Source: Octopus sinensis
Taxonomy: Eukaryota
Reading direction: 5' to 3'
Length of the DNA: 64,000 nt
Assembly (NCBI RefSeq): GCF_006345805.1
Contig: NC_043002.1
Location: 105,586,001-105,650,000 of the forward strand
The notes under the pieces were generated by a model, which did no database searches, was not told the DNA's origin, and saw only the letters and a list, made by a program, of their open reading frames with translations. Shown piece after piece: positions 39,692 through 53,740 of this stretch. Both the position numbers and the translations under genes were made by a program. The stretch's first letter is position 1; every line of letters begins with the position of its first letter.

Positions 39692-40540
39692 GTAACAGCA
39701 AAAATAGTAACACGGTCAGAATCTAAGCACCATCATTGCTACTCGTTTAGAGAACTTTATAATTATCAAAATAACACCACAACATGATTGCAATATCATC
39801 ATCACGCCATCTTTACTACTATTATAATGACAGCTCCATTTCACTAACACACTAAACTCTATCACTCTATTAATAACATCGCTATTTTAACACCACCAGC
39901 ACCATTATCATTACCATTAGCCATTCTATTTCATTAGTACAGTAACACCAGCACTAAAATATGTCCTATTTCACTAATATTGTAGCACTAGCAATATGAA
40001 AATAACTATTCTATTTCATTAGCAACATATTACTGTCCCTATAACAACGACTGTACTATTTGACTGCCACACCAACGCCATCGCTGTGAGTAATCGATTG
40101 AAGTGCTAGAAATAGCAGTAATTATAACAAATGCAAGAAAATAATAGAAACAACAACAGCAGCAGCGGTCTACGAAGGGAGATACGAGTCTATTTTAACT
40201 TCAGATTTGATGTAATATATAAATGTCAGCGACACAGAATCAAAAACAGAATGCTTGAAGAAAATTCTCGTAAAGAATGAGAAAATAAACAATGGTGCAA
40301 ACGAGGCCAAGGGTTTGTCTAACCTTGAAGAATAAAAGCCTCTCCATGTCAAGGCTGGTTTCATCAAAAGAGAATTATAACATTTCCTTGGTAACAGCAA
40401 AAATAGTAACACGGTCAGAATCTAAGCACCATCATTGCTACTCGTTTAGAGAACTTTATAATTATCAAAATAACACCACAACATGATTGCAATATCATCA
40501 TCACGCCATCTTTACTACTATTATAGTGACAGCTCCATTT
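39692..40540 (+). repeat. 150-bp direct repeat pair (39692-39841 and 40391-40540)
   Basis: One mismatch seen over 150 bp; offset 699 bp. Confidence 0.9.
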
Positions 40541-42239
40541 TCTTATTCTTCGATACAGACTTAAGCGGTCGCTTTTAAGTTTTCTCCGCCGAACTTGGCC
40601 CTTCTAAGATTACCTTGGCAGAATGCAAATGATTTGAGTTGATCTGGAAACATGGTCACTTGCGTTAGGCGCTCAGGTCACAAGATATAGATTTGGTTGA
40701 AATTAGCGAAACAAAATATTCCTCTACTCAATCACGATTATTTTGGGCTTTTCGGGACCTAGAATGTGATGCAGGGGAGATATTATTATTGCACAATGGT
40801 TTAGATCTAGGTCAGTATTTCTGGTGTTGAACAGCAGTGTGCCTTCTTACTGCTATCCATTTATACCCCACCTGGAACAGGATAGTTAAGATTTTTAGGC
40901 ATTTAGAAGTATTCTTAGAGACGTACCACTAATTATTCTTAAAGGTGTCTGGAATGGCATCTCTGTTGCAAACTGTAATTGTCATGGATTTGCTGATAAT
41001 GGAGAGATGCTTAAAACCTTCGAGATCCAACCATCTTTTACGAGTACCAGTAGCATTTTATGTGACCTTGAACAAAATTCATCCGCAGCTCATCCATATT
41101 GTATCGATACAAAGCGGTTGCTAGGTGAGCGAACAAGGATAAGAATTGGGGAATTATAATTTCAGCTTGTCAACTACGCTCGTTACAAGTTTACTACTAT
41201 TCTGTTCAGCATGCCTGAAGAGCTGAAGACGTTGTTCTTGTTCCCACCGTAGCAAGCCAACACTGTTGGGCTACTAAACTAGCCAAGCAGGGGCTGGCTA
41301 CGATTTGTGTCAACAAGTGGCCGCTCTCTCTAAAGTAACCTACTACAGAACACTCGGTATATTAGCAAGGAATTAGTAACAAAGGAAGAGAGAGCAAACT
41401 GGGTGAGTTTGTCATCAGATTTGAAAAGGTAATTTGAAGAGGCATTGCATATACCGTGCCAAATGGTAAAACATCGCTTGATAATTTCTCTGATAGAAAA
41501 CTTTTGTTGCCAATATTAAAGTGTCTGCAGGTCCTGGGCTCTGGGCGCTTTTTGGGAAACAAATGCCTAATTAGAAATTTGACAGATGGCATAGAGTGTA
41601 AACTACCCCATTTTTAAGCTGTGTACGAGTTTTCGATAGAACTTTATCCTGCTGTTAAGGGCAGCGGTAAAGAAGACTAGTAAGTTTTACCTGTCTCGGC
41701 GGACTAACGTTCTCGTCAGAGGCGTAGGGTTGCTAAAAGCATAAAACAGCAGCTGAGATATGGTTGGCAACATGTTGTGCTAGACGTAAATCACTTAGCC
41801 TGGATGGTCGGTCCTGTGGTATTTCTGAATTCAAGCCAGATTTATTCGCTCTGGTTTTGGCATTTACATATTGCAATTGGCAATAGTTAGCGTCAAAAGG
41901 TCTTTTATCGAACCAGTATATTGGTTAACAAGAAACTTATTTTCTCTTTGTTATGAAGGGAAAGTAAGAATGTATGTTGCTCATGGTTTACCCAAATATA
42001 GTTGTAGCAGAAAGGAAATTGTCCAAGCTGGTTACTAAAGGCCTAACACTGACAGGGCCTGATATATTTATGAATACAGCACCTGGCATACATGGGTACC
42101 TTTACACCAATGGTAAGATCGCTGAAGGCAGGAAGGGGGAAATAATGTGATGCAGAAGGAAACGTGTTCCTTTATCTAAGGCCCTTTCCGTCTTTATCTT
42201 TGCAATCTTTCATCTTACACAAGCCTGATTTTCCTACTT

Positions 42240-42450
42240 CTAATAATAGCGGTTCTGTGGCATTTTTAGATACCATGCTATGTTATTTTGTTTTGCTCTA
42301 ATGCTGTGTTCACATCCAATAAGTCCTCTTCCCCTGTTTTTCTTGGTACATACAGTTTGTCCGTGACAGTTTTTGGGTGTAGTGACCCATATATAGTTAG
42401 CAGCTTCCTTGTCTTTCTGTCTAAGCTGTTTAGTTCGTCTACTCTCCATG
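42240..42450 (-). mobile_element. R4/Dong-like fragment, same subfamily as 59988-62656
   Basis: IAWRVDELNSLDRKTRKLLTIYGSLHPK closely matches 61790-61980; its 5' end abuts (TAA)n on the element strand. Confidence 0.85.
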
Positions 42451-42489
42451 CGATTATTACTATTACTATTATCACTAGTCTTATTATTG

Positions 42490-42514
42490 GTATTTTTATT
42501 ATTATTATTATTGC

Positions 42515-42546
<32 letters not shown>

Positions 42547-42548
42547 TA

Positions 42549-42590
<42 letters not shown>

Positions 42591-42611
42591 TATTATTATT
42601 ATTATTATTAT

Positions 42612-42664
<53 letters not shown>

Positions 42665-42672
42665 TGATTATT

Positions 42673-42707
<35 letters not shown>

Positions 42708-42720
42708 TATTATTATTATT
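42490..42720. repeat. (TTA)n(CTA)n(CAT)n compound repeat
   Basis: Direct reading. Confidence 0.95.
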
Positions 42721-43474
42721 ACGTAGTGTAATTTACGGCGTTCGTGTTATTGCAAAGCAAGAAACAATAATTGAAAGATGATGTCCCGAAGAATTTCGAG
42801 AAAAATATTTGCAACGCGGAATCGAAACCTGGATGCAATTTTGTAATAGAGTGCTTAAACATAGCACAGTAACTAACTTCATTGAGTTTCTACCAATATG
42901 GTACAACAGATTTCGCTTTTAATAATATCACGATGGATTTACGAAGCTCTACTGGTAAGGTTGATATTAAAGCGAAACCCCCGAGGGGTGAACATTCGGA
43001 TTAATTTGCTATTCTTCTGGAATGAGAACAATTACCAAAATTTAATTTTCAATTATGATTGAAAGAGAGGAATCTCTTCTCGAAGACATCTCAGAAGAAT
43101 TTCGGCTGCCAAGTCGGGATTTTGCTAAGTCTTCCCAAGTAAAACTTCTGATTAATCACGTATTCGGACCGGTCACTAATTTAGCCATGGCTAGTGACGT
43201 AAAGACACCACATGACAACAACGCACAGTGTTGTGTCCAATACTGACCCAGCTAACCTCGAAAGCTGGAAAGTCGAGGCAAAGCAATATTGTTGCTTATA
43301 CGATGGCGTTTCTTCGACTGACGCTTGCAATCTGCAATCTAATAAGGACAGGTTAAAGTTCAACCATATAGTATTATCTACTAATTACATGACATTAATT
43401 ACCTATATTCTAAGAATTCACCTCAAGTGCAGCCTACGTGTTCCACCCGCAACATCCCTCTCTATCAATCGATC

Positions 43475-43505
<31 letters not shown>

Positions 43506-43919
43506 AATCTCTTTCTTCTCCTCTCACTATCTCACCTCCTCTCCCCACCACCATAACTCTGTCTTCATAATTACTAATCAGGTATTCAGGAAAACTTTTC
43601 TCGCCTTAAGCATATTAAATTAAATCACAATGCCCATTCTTCAATACATTTTGTTTCTCTTGTTGTTGTTGTTGTTGTTGTTGTGATGGTGGTGGTTGTG
43701 GCTGTTATTGGCAATGGTGTTGGTGGTGCTGGTGCTGGTGCTGTCAGTGGTCTTAGCCTAGTCCTGTTGTTGTAGTTGTTGTAGATGGTGGTGGTGGTGG
43801 TGGAGGTGGTGGTTATGTAGATGTCGTTGTTGTTGTATTTGCGAACATGACAATATTTAATTAGTCCAGTAACATTGTCATATAATTGCAAAGCTCACAC
43901 AAACATACGTAAATAGCAT

Positions 43920-44044
43920 TAACTTGTGTGTATACCAGTACATATGTATACACACGCACACATACACAAATGTGCACAAGCAAATATACGCATATATATA
44001 CAGAAATATATGTGTGTATATATATATATATACATATATGTCTG

Positions 44045-44098
<54 letters not shown>

Positions 44099-44175
44099 TA
44101 TTTATATCTCTATGCATGTATGTAGGTAGGTATATAGAGATGTATATACATACACACATTATATATATATATATA

Positions 44176-44241
<66 letters not shown>

Positions 44242-44253
44242 GTATGTATATAG

Positions 44254-44314
<61 letters not shown>

Positions 44315-44380
44315 AGACACCTACAAATATAAATACAAACACACACACATATATATCTATATGTATGTATGTATGTATGT
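43920..44380. repeat. (AT)n/(GT)n microsatellite block
   Basis: Direct reading. Confidence 0.9.
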
Positions 44381-44606
44381 GAATACATATGTGTGTTGTT
44401 TAGAATTATATTTATGTGTGAGGTGGGGTGCAAAGACATTTGGACGAATGTTAGAATAACCAATGCAATACCTTACAGCATGTGTTTCCACCCGCAGATC
44501 CCTTAGTTCTAATCTCATCAAAGGCTGTTTTATTATTCATCTTATTGGGGCAGATAATTCAGTTAGCATTTCAGAGTTGACCCAGCTCTCCATTTTTCTC
44601 TACCTC

Positions 44607-44641
<35 letters not shown>

Positions 44642-45269
44642 CTGGAAGTAGCCAATTTCTAGCAAACCAGGAGAGGAATAATCTCTGTCATATTTAATTC
44701 TCCAAGACTCACCAACCATATCTCGCAACTGCTCCCTCGTGTTCCCACTATGAGGTAATGGGCATTGGCAGGAAAAGTTTGGCGATTACTTCGAAGTTTT
44801 AGTTAGCCTTCATCGATGTGTCCAGTGAAGGTTAATGGAGGAGATAAATCAGATACCAGTTCAGAATTGACCAGCTCTCACCTTCTTTCTCCCTCTCTTT
44901 GTTTCTCTCTCTGGACATTATGGTTTTCCCCATCATGACAACTGTGTGCAGCTAGGTGACTGTTACTTAACTGAAAGTTAAATACTTTACTATAGACACA
45001 ACAATGTATAATTTGAAGCTCTCTCACTTTTCTTAACTTCGACCCAAAGAGTCCTAAATATCTTCAGGGCGGTGAAACAGAATGGCTGCAGTCCAGTGAC
45101 TAAGACCCTTGACGTTTCTATCAATCTTCCCTCTTGAATTTAAAATAAGGCACTCTACAATTAAATATCTAGTGGTTCTTCTTTTTGAGGTCTGTTTCCA
45201 ATATAATTACGTATAGAAGCAAACATCGATATATAAATATAAGGTTTTTCACCATGTAGTCACGGTTGG

Positions 45270-45440
45270 ATAGACGTCCTTGTCTATTTCTTCAGGTTCT
45301 GTGCTTTCCTTTCTTTTCTCTCTTTAACATTCCTATCTTTCTGAAGAAGAGTGCATGCTCGAAACGTTAAAGCTAATTCTTTATTATTTTACCGTTTGCT
45401 GAGCATCAAACTAACACTAATTCTGTATTTTGCTTTTAAC
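45270..45440 (+). mobile_element. PLE terminal fragment with hammerhead motif (45337-45372)
   Basis: CTTT-CTGAAGA-a-GAGT-gcat-GCTC-GAAACGTT-AAAG, followed by ctgagcatcaaactaac. Confidence 0.7.
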
Positions 45441-45454
45441 TTCATCTTATATAT

Positions 45455-45637
45455 TTCTTTTCTACTCTAAGTACAAGGCCCGAAATTTTGGGGGAGGAGG
45501 CCAGTCGATTAGAACGATCCCAAAAGGGATAAAAGGCAAAGCCGACCTAACTGGTATTTGAACTCAGAACGTAAAGACAGATTAAATACCGTTAAGCATT
45601 TCGGCCAGCATGCTAACGTTTCTGCCAGCTCGCCGCC
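45455..45637 (-). mobile_element. tRNA-derived SINE (15 kb-type head, internally deleted, alternative tail)
   Basis: Head ggcggcgagctggcagaaacgttagc; tail tacaaggcccgaaattttggggg differs from the 15 kb and 26.7 kb copies. Confidence 0.8.
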
Positions 45638-45685
45638 TTCTGCAACTTACGTGTTTATCGTCATATTTGCGCTACACACAGACAG

Positions 45686-45718
<33 letters not shown>

Positions 45719-46396
45719 TGTATGTATGTATGTATGTATGTATGTACGTTTGTATGTATAAAGGTTAGTATGTATCGGTATGTGTGTCGCTGTGTGATTT
45801 TGTAAGTTTCTATCTTAAAATCTTATGCTTTAAAATATTTCAAAATTAATTTGATCTTCTTTTACTAATTATTAATGAATTTTATTCGGTTATTTATATA
45901 TTTTGCCTCTCGTCATATTCTCAATATTTCGTTCCATCTGGAAATTGGAATCTATCAATAATTCATCATGCCTGCAATGATTCCAGCGCTATTTCCACAT
46001 GGAAACCAAAACGTATTCACGAAGAAGAGAATCACACTGTTGCTCATTTATTTTTCTTGTAATTATCAGAGGGAGAGTTACAACGGCGAAACTGGTTCCT
46101 TTCCAGGCTAGGCACCAAGGGAATTACCATTAGTATTAGAAATTCTATACTAGTAACGTTGCAGTTACCAACAGAGGGCAATGGTTTTGATATCAACTGT
46201 ACATAGCTAGGTAATTGTTTGTTGAAAGTTAAATATCTTACTATAGATATAATGATGTGAAATTTAGGAACTTAACCCTAACCCTAACTTCCGGCTTTCC
46301 TATCAGTGGTCCAATGAGTCCTTACAGCTCGGCTACAGTCCAATGACAGAAACAAGTGAACATATATATAAAAGTATAATGGGGGATGAACGAGAG

Positions 46397-46515
46397 AAGG
46401 CACGTAGCCTAGTGATTAGCATGTCGGGCTCACGCTAAATTGGCTGCGGGTTGGACTCATGTGTCACGCGGTTCGTTGTGGTCTACGCTGCTCAGTTGTA
46501 AATGAGTAAGAGCTT
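46397..46515 (+). mobile_element. Degraded SINE head
   Basis: ggcacgtagcctagtgattag...gggttggactc...ctcagttgtaaatgagta. Confidence 0.5.
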
Positions 46516-46959
46516 GATGTTGGTGAATTTCACTCTCATATGTTCTCGATGGTTCTTTTATTTAAAGATAGGAAAATCAAGAGTGTGCACATATCTACTC
46601 AAGCAACATAGACTCCTAAAGTTATTTACGAAAGCGTGGAAGAAGCTAAATGATTATATTCACTTGTGAATGACGACTAAGTTATAGCTATCCATCTATC
46701 TATCTATACAAAACTTTAGGATTCAAACGAATCAGGTTTTTAAATAGTAAATCAATAAGGTCGAGTGAGTGAAATTGCTATCGCATACAAACAATATTAA
46801 TATATATATATTATATATATATATATATGTATTATAATATATATGTATATATATATATATATATATATAATAACAATATAATAGATAAATAAACATATGC
46901 ATATATACATACATATATGTACATACTTACATCTATATGTATATATACATGCATAATAT

Positions 46960-47255
46960 ATGAGTACAGGACACCACAAATAAACGTAGAACACAACGAG
47001 AAACGAAAACATAAAATCAAACAAGGAAACGGACTTTTTTTAACAACGAAAAAACAGAGTACAGGACAAACAATACAAGGAAAATTCCCCTTCATCAGCT
47101 ACCCCTGGTTCGACTCAATGCGTGTTTCGAAGGTAAGGGCAGAACACGACCCGGCCGGGGCAGTCCTTCCTGCAAAAGGAATTAAATTAAATTATTTTGC
47201 AGAGGGGTAAAACAAGTGACAAGAACAGGACGTAAAAGCATTCTCCAAGTAAGTT
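46960..47255 (-). mobile_element. Probable PLE terminal fragment with permuted hammerhead-like motifs
   Basis: Flanked by (AT)n; the minus strand has ccttc-GAAAC...gagtc...ggtag-CTGATGA-agggg. Confidence 0.45.
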
Positions 47256-47287
<32 letters not shown>

Positions 47288-47644
47288 CAACGTGGGAAGC
47301 TAAAAAGATGCATAGGAATATATTTATACAAATACAGATACATTTCTACCTACATATATAGATGCATGTACGCGCATGCGCGCACAAACACATACACGCA
47401 TATACATGCAGGCAAATTCATATATGTGCATGCATATATGTATATATGTATGTACATATCATGTATCTGTGTGTGCATGTATGTGCGCGCGTGTGAGTTT
47501 GTATGTGTGTGTATATGAGAGAGAGAGAGGGAAAGAGTAAATGCAGTAGTAAAATCGACGAGGGCCATGGAAACGGACAAATTATGTACAGAACACCTCT
47601 GCTCAGCCTTGGAAACCAGAATCCACGTGGTTTCGATGCATGTA

Positions 47645-47681
<37 letters not shown>

Positions 47682-48329
47682 AGAAATTACTATTTCGTGA
47701 TAGTCAAGTAGACGTGTAGAGTCTCTTTCATTTACATAGAGTTGAATACTTTTGTATATTCTGAATTACGTTTACTGTTTTTAGCCCGTCATATGTAATC
47801 GACTGAGTCAATGATTATTGATACTAAGGCACAATGTATCAAGGACTACATGTTTTACTATGTATTTAGAATTATTAAGATGCAATATATCTAAGGTTAC
47901 ACTACACTGTGTCCTTTCTCTTTATTGTAAATGGTAGGAAAATTCGACTTTCCAGCAGGTTTCAAGTAACATTGTAGAGGCAGTCACAGGTTCAGATTCC
48001 TGTGCGTTTATCGCTGTGTGTCAGTGAGTTTGTATGCATGCATGTGAGAGCTGTATATATATATATATGTTTGTGTATGTGTGAGCTCTGCGTGTGCGAG
48101 CGAGTGCGCGTGCGCACACGATATTTTATGCCTATATGAATTATTTTGGTTAGTCAAGGGAAAATAGCAGTTCCTATGACTTTTTACTGGGCCGTAAAAA
48201 TCTCTGATTTTAAAGCAGCAATGTTTAAATATAAACATATGACCGAAACATGATGAGCTAACCTCAGGCTGAATCGAACCCACAAATCGTAGCTGTCATG
48301 GCTCCTTGCGAATCTGATTGGTCAAATGG

Positions 48330-48367
<38 letters not shown>

Positions 48368-48369
<2 letters not shown>

Positions 48370-48551
48370 GAGTAAACACATAAATGTGAAACAAGGTGGA
48401 AAAAAGAGTACTCAATACCAGTGGTAGAGTAATATGCTTTATTTAAAGCAGCAGAAAATTCAACAAAGCCTGTTACTCTGAGTTTCCCGTTGCCGGCAAC
48501 GGGAAACTCAGAGTAACAGGTTTTGTTGAATTTTCTGCTGCTTTAAATAAA

Positions 48552-48552
<1 letters not shown>
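48368..48552. mobile_element. (AT)n-embedded element ending in a 116-bp spacerless palindrome
   Basis: Arms 48437-48494 and 48495-48552 with a single G/T mismatch; the right arm contains GAAA-ctcagaGTA-acagg. Confidence 0.75.
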
Positions 48553-48601
<49 letters not shown>

Positions 48602-51600
48602 CGGGCTAATATGATGCGTATTTAATTCAGATTGGACTGCTAAAATATAGGTAGACATTTGTAGTATTGGTCAAATTTTATGATCTGGTCTCAATGAAAC
48701 ACATTACGCGACAGCTTACCAGGTTTCAGCTTAGCACATGTGCTGTGTAAACGGAAAGAGACTGACTAGAAAAAACAAAAGAAATACTACGTTAATAAGA
48801 TATGCAAATATACATATGAAAGAGCGGGGGTGCGGGAGAGTGAGGGATGTGTAATATTTGTTTTTTGAATCGCTTCCTTATTTGAATACATGAAATAATC
48901 ATGTCAGTATATAAATGCTTTTTTGTCATAAAGGAATCTTAAAAAAGGTTATACACAGGATATGATTATTCGAAACCACAGAGAGATTTTCCTGCTGGAT
49001 CTGGTCGAAAAGGTCCACAAACCACCTCCATATCACTTGAGGACAATATGTTGTTATTTTAACGCCAAGGGAAGTAACTCTGAGTGAGTCATGGTGGTAA
49101 CGTTGACTACCATCGTTGTCTCTTATTTAAATATAAGTTTGAAGGCAAGGGCAACGGAGAGGCGTTCCAGCCCGATCAAACCACCAAGCGGGTTCAATGC
49201 ACAAGTCACCAATATCCAAGTGGCGAGAAAGTGTCAACAGAAGGGTAGCAAGATTGGTGACTTGGATGCGGCCCGGATCCCTTAGACTGTAAGAAGTTAA
49301 GAGCCCAAACACTTGTCTGGGGATTGGTTTCTTCTTTGAAGACCTTCCGCTGTTCAGCTGCTTTGAGAGATTCTTACCACCAGGTGGAAGCACTTTTCCT
49401 GTTCCTACCGAGATTAGTGGAAAGGAGGGAGAATTTTATTGACAGATTAGTGATTTTTCTCAGTTCTTGCAACATAATGAACTGCTTCAAAAGCAAATAA
49501 ACATCAAGTGTTGGTATTACACTCAGCAACTGGCTAAGTCTACCACTGCAGAACACCGTTAGTCTACTGTTTCTATCAGCTCAATTTCCCTCTGCAGTTT
49601 TGGTACAAATCGAAAGTATTGTAGGACAGAGATGCTCTTTATATTCTACCAAAGAACTGTATTCTATCCCACTTTATATTCTGAGGGAGTGAAACCTGAA
49701 CTACACAGTTGCAAAGTAAACAGTTTAACCACTTCGCTATAGTTGTACCCATATTTCCACAACAATCAAACCCCGAAGCTAGGACATCTCTAACTCCAGC
49801 AGTGGCCCACATCACATACTTTAATATAATCATGCATGTCATACATTATATTATTAGAAACCAATAACATTACACGACTCATACAATGCACGGCCAATGA
49901 AATAACATCTCACATATCACTACTTAATCAATATCTGATACTATAAAAAACCAACCGCTCGGAAAACTTAGATTTGTTCTAATGAGGCCTACAGAACACA
50001 TGATCTTTGTTTTAGTATTAGGCATGATATCGTATAATCTCAGCCCGATACTAAAACAATAACCCCAGTCACGCTGTACATATGATAGCCAAACATTACC
50101 GAACATGATAACGCAGCTCAATTTGCATTAAACAAAAATCAACATGGCAACAACATGTCAATGCAACGTCAATGCAACGCAAACATCAAGAGCTCGTGGG
50201 GCAACAGAAACTTACCTGACAGTGCTTCCGTTGCTTGCAATATTTTTTCTTTCTTTTTGTTTCTATCCCTTAATCAGGGGAAAAGAGCAATTCCTATGAC
50301 TTTTTACAGGGTCACAGAGATTTATGGGAAGGAATGAAGAAAATACCCAGAAACTGAAATCTTAGTCAAATTGCTCACAGCGGGATGCACTCCGCTCGAG
50401 GTACCTAGAGGTCATATGATGATATTTTATTTGGGTGGCGTATTAACCCTTCCAAATGAGTGGGTCACGACATGATTTGAAACCACAACACAAAGAGTCG
50501 AATCAAATACCGCAACACACCTCCTATAAAAGTCTGAGGTTTCCGTTCGTCGACCTCCTTGGAATGAGGCCTTTTTATCGACCCTGAAATGTTGTAAGTT
50601 AGAGTTGAACCGCGACGGAATTTTCACTCAGAAAGCAAGATGCAAGGTTAAATACCGCCAGACATTTCGACGAGCGTAATTGGGACCAATCCACCATCAA
50701 CTCTGCCAGGTCGCCGCCCTCACACCGAGAATAGTCGCATAGTTTCACTCACAATACTTCCATAAATCAATACAATCTATCAAGAGCCTGTACATTATCC
50801 TACGTTTACAACCCTTACTCTCACTTCCTCTCTCCCTCCTTCCCTCTTTCTCTCCCTCTCTCTCTCTCTCTCTCCCTCTCTCTCTCTCGCTTATTTCTCT
50901 CTTTGTCAGCTTGTTTATACATCCAGTCAATATCCGGAATAATCGGCTCCTGTATATTTGCCAGTTTGTGTAGATGAAAATTACATATTACACCGTAGAT
51001 TAGATTATTAATAAATTAAAGATATATGAGAATATATTTCCAGCGTTGTTCTAAAATAATTATGTTGTTACAAGTCCATAGGCTAACATATTGTCTATGG
51101 ATTACAATTTTGACTGAGGCATGATATTACTAACGCATATATTTATCCATTCTTTACATTTCAGTGATCCGAGCAAACAACGGCTCATGAGATCTATTGA
51201 TTTTAGTGGAGGGGTGGTTATACTGACACCAGTTCTTGATTGGTTACCGATTGCGGAAGGATGAAAGACAAAGTCATTGTTAGGTGGAGGGTAAAGCAGA
51301 ATAGAAGAAGCAATAAAGCAATTTGGCTAAGTCACCTTTTTTGACTCTTGAGCAATTCTGCCGGGTCATCGCCTTTTAAGTGGGTGGGTGTGTTTGTTTG
51401 TGTGTCGTTCTGTATGCGTGTGCGTGTGGGATTCTTTATTTGTGTGTGTGTGCGTGTGCGTGTTTTTGCGAGTGTTTCTCTGCGTGTGCGTATGTGTGTG
51501 TGTGTGTGTGTATGAATTTTAATTAAATTAACAAGCCTTGTCGCAATACTCTAGGTTGACAGCTAGTAAAAAGAGATTAACAGAATGTGTTTGAATATAA

Positions 51601-52199
51601 AAGGTGTTTGACGAGACAAGTGTTCCTCAAAACAAAGAATTCGCTTTAGATTTGCGTTTTCCTGAAGTCTCACAGAAAATTTAAGAACCTTTTTTTACTC
51701 AAAAGAAGTTATTGCAAGCAGAAATCATGAGTTACACTCAAACTTAAAAATGAAGGAAGAAATTATTTAAATAACAGGTGGAATGTCAACAAGAAGCAAT
51801 GCTTTTTTTTTCTTTCAAATATTTTTTATTAGATTCTCCATTGGTCAATATTAACCATGCGTTAGCTCATGTATGACAGGTTTTGCCCAGATTGTTTGAG
51901 GGAAACTGTCCGTTACCTACACGTGAAAATTACCCCCTGCATGACACTATAGTTTATACAATATAAAGGCGGCCCACTTCGGCCAATATAGCTTGGTATA
52001 GGTGTCTCTCATAACAGATATTGCTGACAGAATGCAATCAAATGGAACCGACAGCACAAGCCATCTGCCCACCCCTGAAATGCGTTCACCAAACCACTGC
52101 CCTGATTTCGAACTTTTTAAATAACCCCTAAAGAATGAAAGGCCAAAGTTAATCTCAAAGCGCAGAGAGTCGGACCAAATCCAATGCTCTAACTACATT

Positions 52200-52439
52200 T
52201 GATCATTTCTTCAATGCAATAATACTAGTATTGTTTAGAGCCAAACTGATCCCGATTGAGTAAACGGATGGGTAAAGATAATCTACCTGTAATAAATATC
52301 CTCTATGCGATAAAACAATTATCCCCTCTCGACAAGAATGTTTTCTATCCAAGAGAAAAGCCGCCGGTTTGGGCCCATATAGCTTAGCACCAGTCTCACC
52401 GTGGATGCTGCTGTCAAAGAACGTCTTGCTCGACCCTGT
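52200..52439 (-). mobile_element. CR1/L2-like RT remnant cut by the assembly gap
   Basis: Frameshifted segments SKTFFDS, LFSWIENIL and QSGSVWL-TILVLLH resemble SKAFDS, LLSWIENFL and QGSVLGPILFLLY. Confidence 0.5.
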
Positions 52440-52539
52440 NNNNNNNNNNNNNNNNNNNNNNNNNNNNNNNNNNNNNNNNNNNNNNNNNNNNNNNNNNNNN
52501 NNNNNNNNNNNNNNNNNNNNNNNNNNNNNNNNNNNNNNN
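52440..52539. other. Assembly gap (100 N)
   Basis: Run of N. Confidence 1.
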
Positions 52540-52564
52540 TGCAGATATATACCTCTGCATATAC

Positions 52565-52633
<69 letters not shown>

Positions 52634-53279
52634 AACTCTGTGTGTGGTGTGTGTTGTGTGGGTGAGTGTGTGTGTGTGCGTGTGTGTGTGTGTGTAGTAT
52701 GATATGCATAAGAAATAAACTTGACAAAATTGGGTCGATTATTTCAGATAAATATTAGTGAATGTGATGATTAAATGATTGTTTTAAAACTGCGTGTTAA
52801 TTAAAATCGTATTAATAACCTTATTAAAAGCTACAGTGGTTCATTAGCTAGGCAATGACCTCGAATCTTGTATCTGGTGTCTAAAGTGGTTGAAACGAGA
52901 ATGTTCCACAGGGTATGACTCCAGTCACTTATATATTAACTTCCCAAACCCGAAGCCAATGTCTGAGCTGCCTTGTAATCCCTTGATCGACAAGAAATAG
53001 AAGCTAAATATCCCTGAAATTGCACCGTAATGCCTTTAAAATGGAAGGATACGTTCTGCAATGACTTCCAGAAAAAAATGAATGCGTGATGTTCACGGTG
53101 GAAATGTTTTGGGTATTGCGTCTGCTTAACCAGGGCCTTTGTTGCACCAGACAGTAACACTAAACAAAGAGGCAGCCTTTATGTTGTCAGCAGACATGGT
53201 AGAAAAAGCAACCAAATCTCCTCAAATTATATACTGTCGCCTGGAGAAGAACACACAATAGGTGAATAAATAACTGTCC

Positions 53280-53740
53280 TCATCTTCATCATGTGCGTCG
53301 TACGCCTGCAGGTCATTGATGAAACTACACCGAAAGTCTTCCCGATTAGGTGTGAGTTCTCCTATTGCCCTTGCCACTCTTGTTCAAACAGCTCTTGATA
53401 TTGTCAATCCATTGCGTTCTTTGCCTGCCTCTTGATCAACTAACTATGTTCTACTTTTCTTTCCATATTGTTTCCTGAACTTCTGCTTCTCCAAATATGG
53501 TAATAATAGATGAGCTTTTATTTTTTTTCCCAATGTTCAGGAGTTGTCGTCTTTCACTTATTCACCTATTCATTTGCCCGATGCTTCTTCTAAGGGACTT
53601 TTAACATTCTCCTATAAAACGCACATCTCAAACGCATTGATCATGTTCTCTTCAAATTTGTTCAGAGTCCATGCTTCGCAAGCATAAATGTCTATTGGCC
53701 AAATGAGCGATCGCACTCACTTTGTTTTTAACTTACTTAA
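53280..53740 (-). mobile_element. RTE-clade LINE 3' fragment
   Basis: RSLIWPIDIYACEAWTLNKFEENMINAFEM plus downstream GHI-like and GKVE-like segments typical of the RTE C-terminus. Confidence 0.78.

Noticed and set aside
40560-41700. Compositionally balanced stretch that might be an exon or LINE fragment
   Set aside because: No frame gave a motif I could recognise; a translated database search is needed.
46271-46288. (CCCTAA) telomere-like repeat
   Set aside because: Fewer than three units; expected by chance in 64 kb.
52369-52439. Protein-like plus-strand frame (LTVDAAVKERLARP) next to the gap as a host exon
   Set aside because: The opposite strand is better explained as a CR1/L2-like RT remnant.
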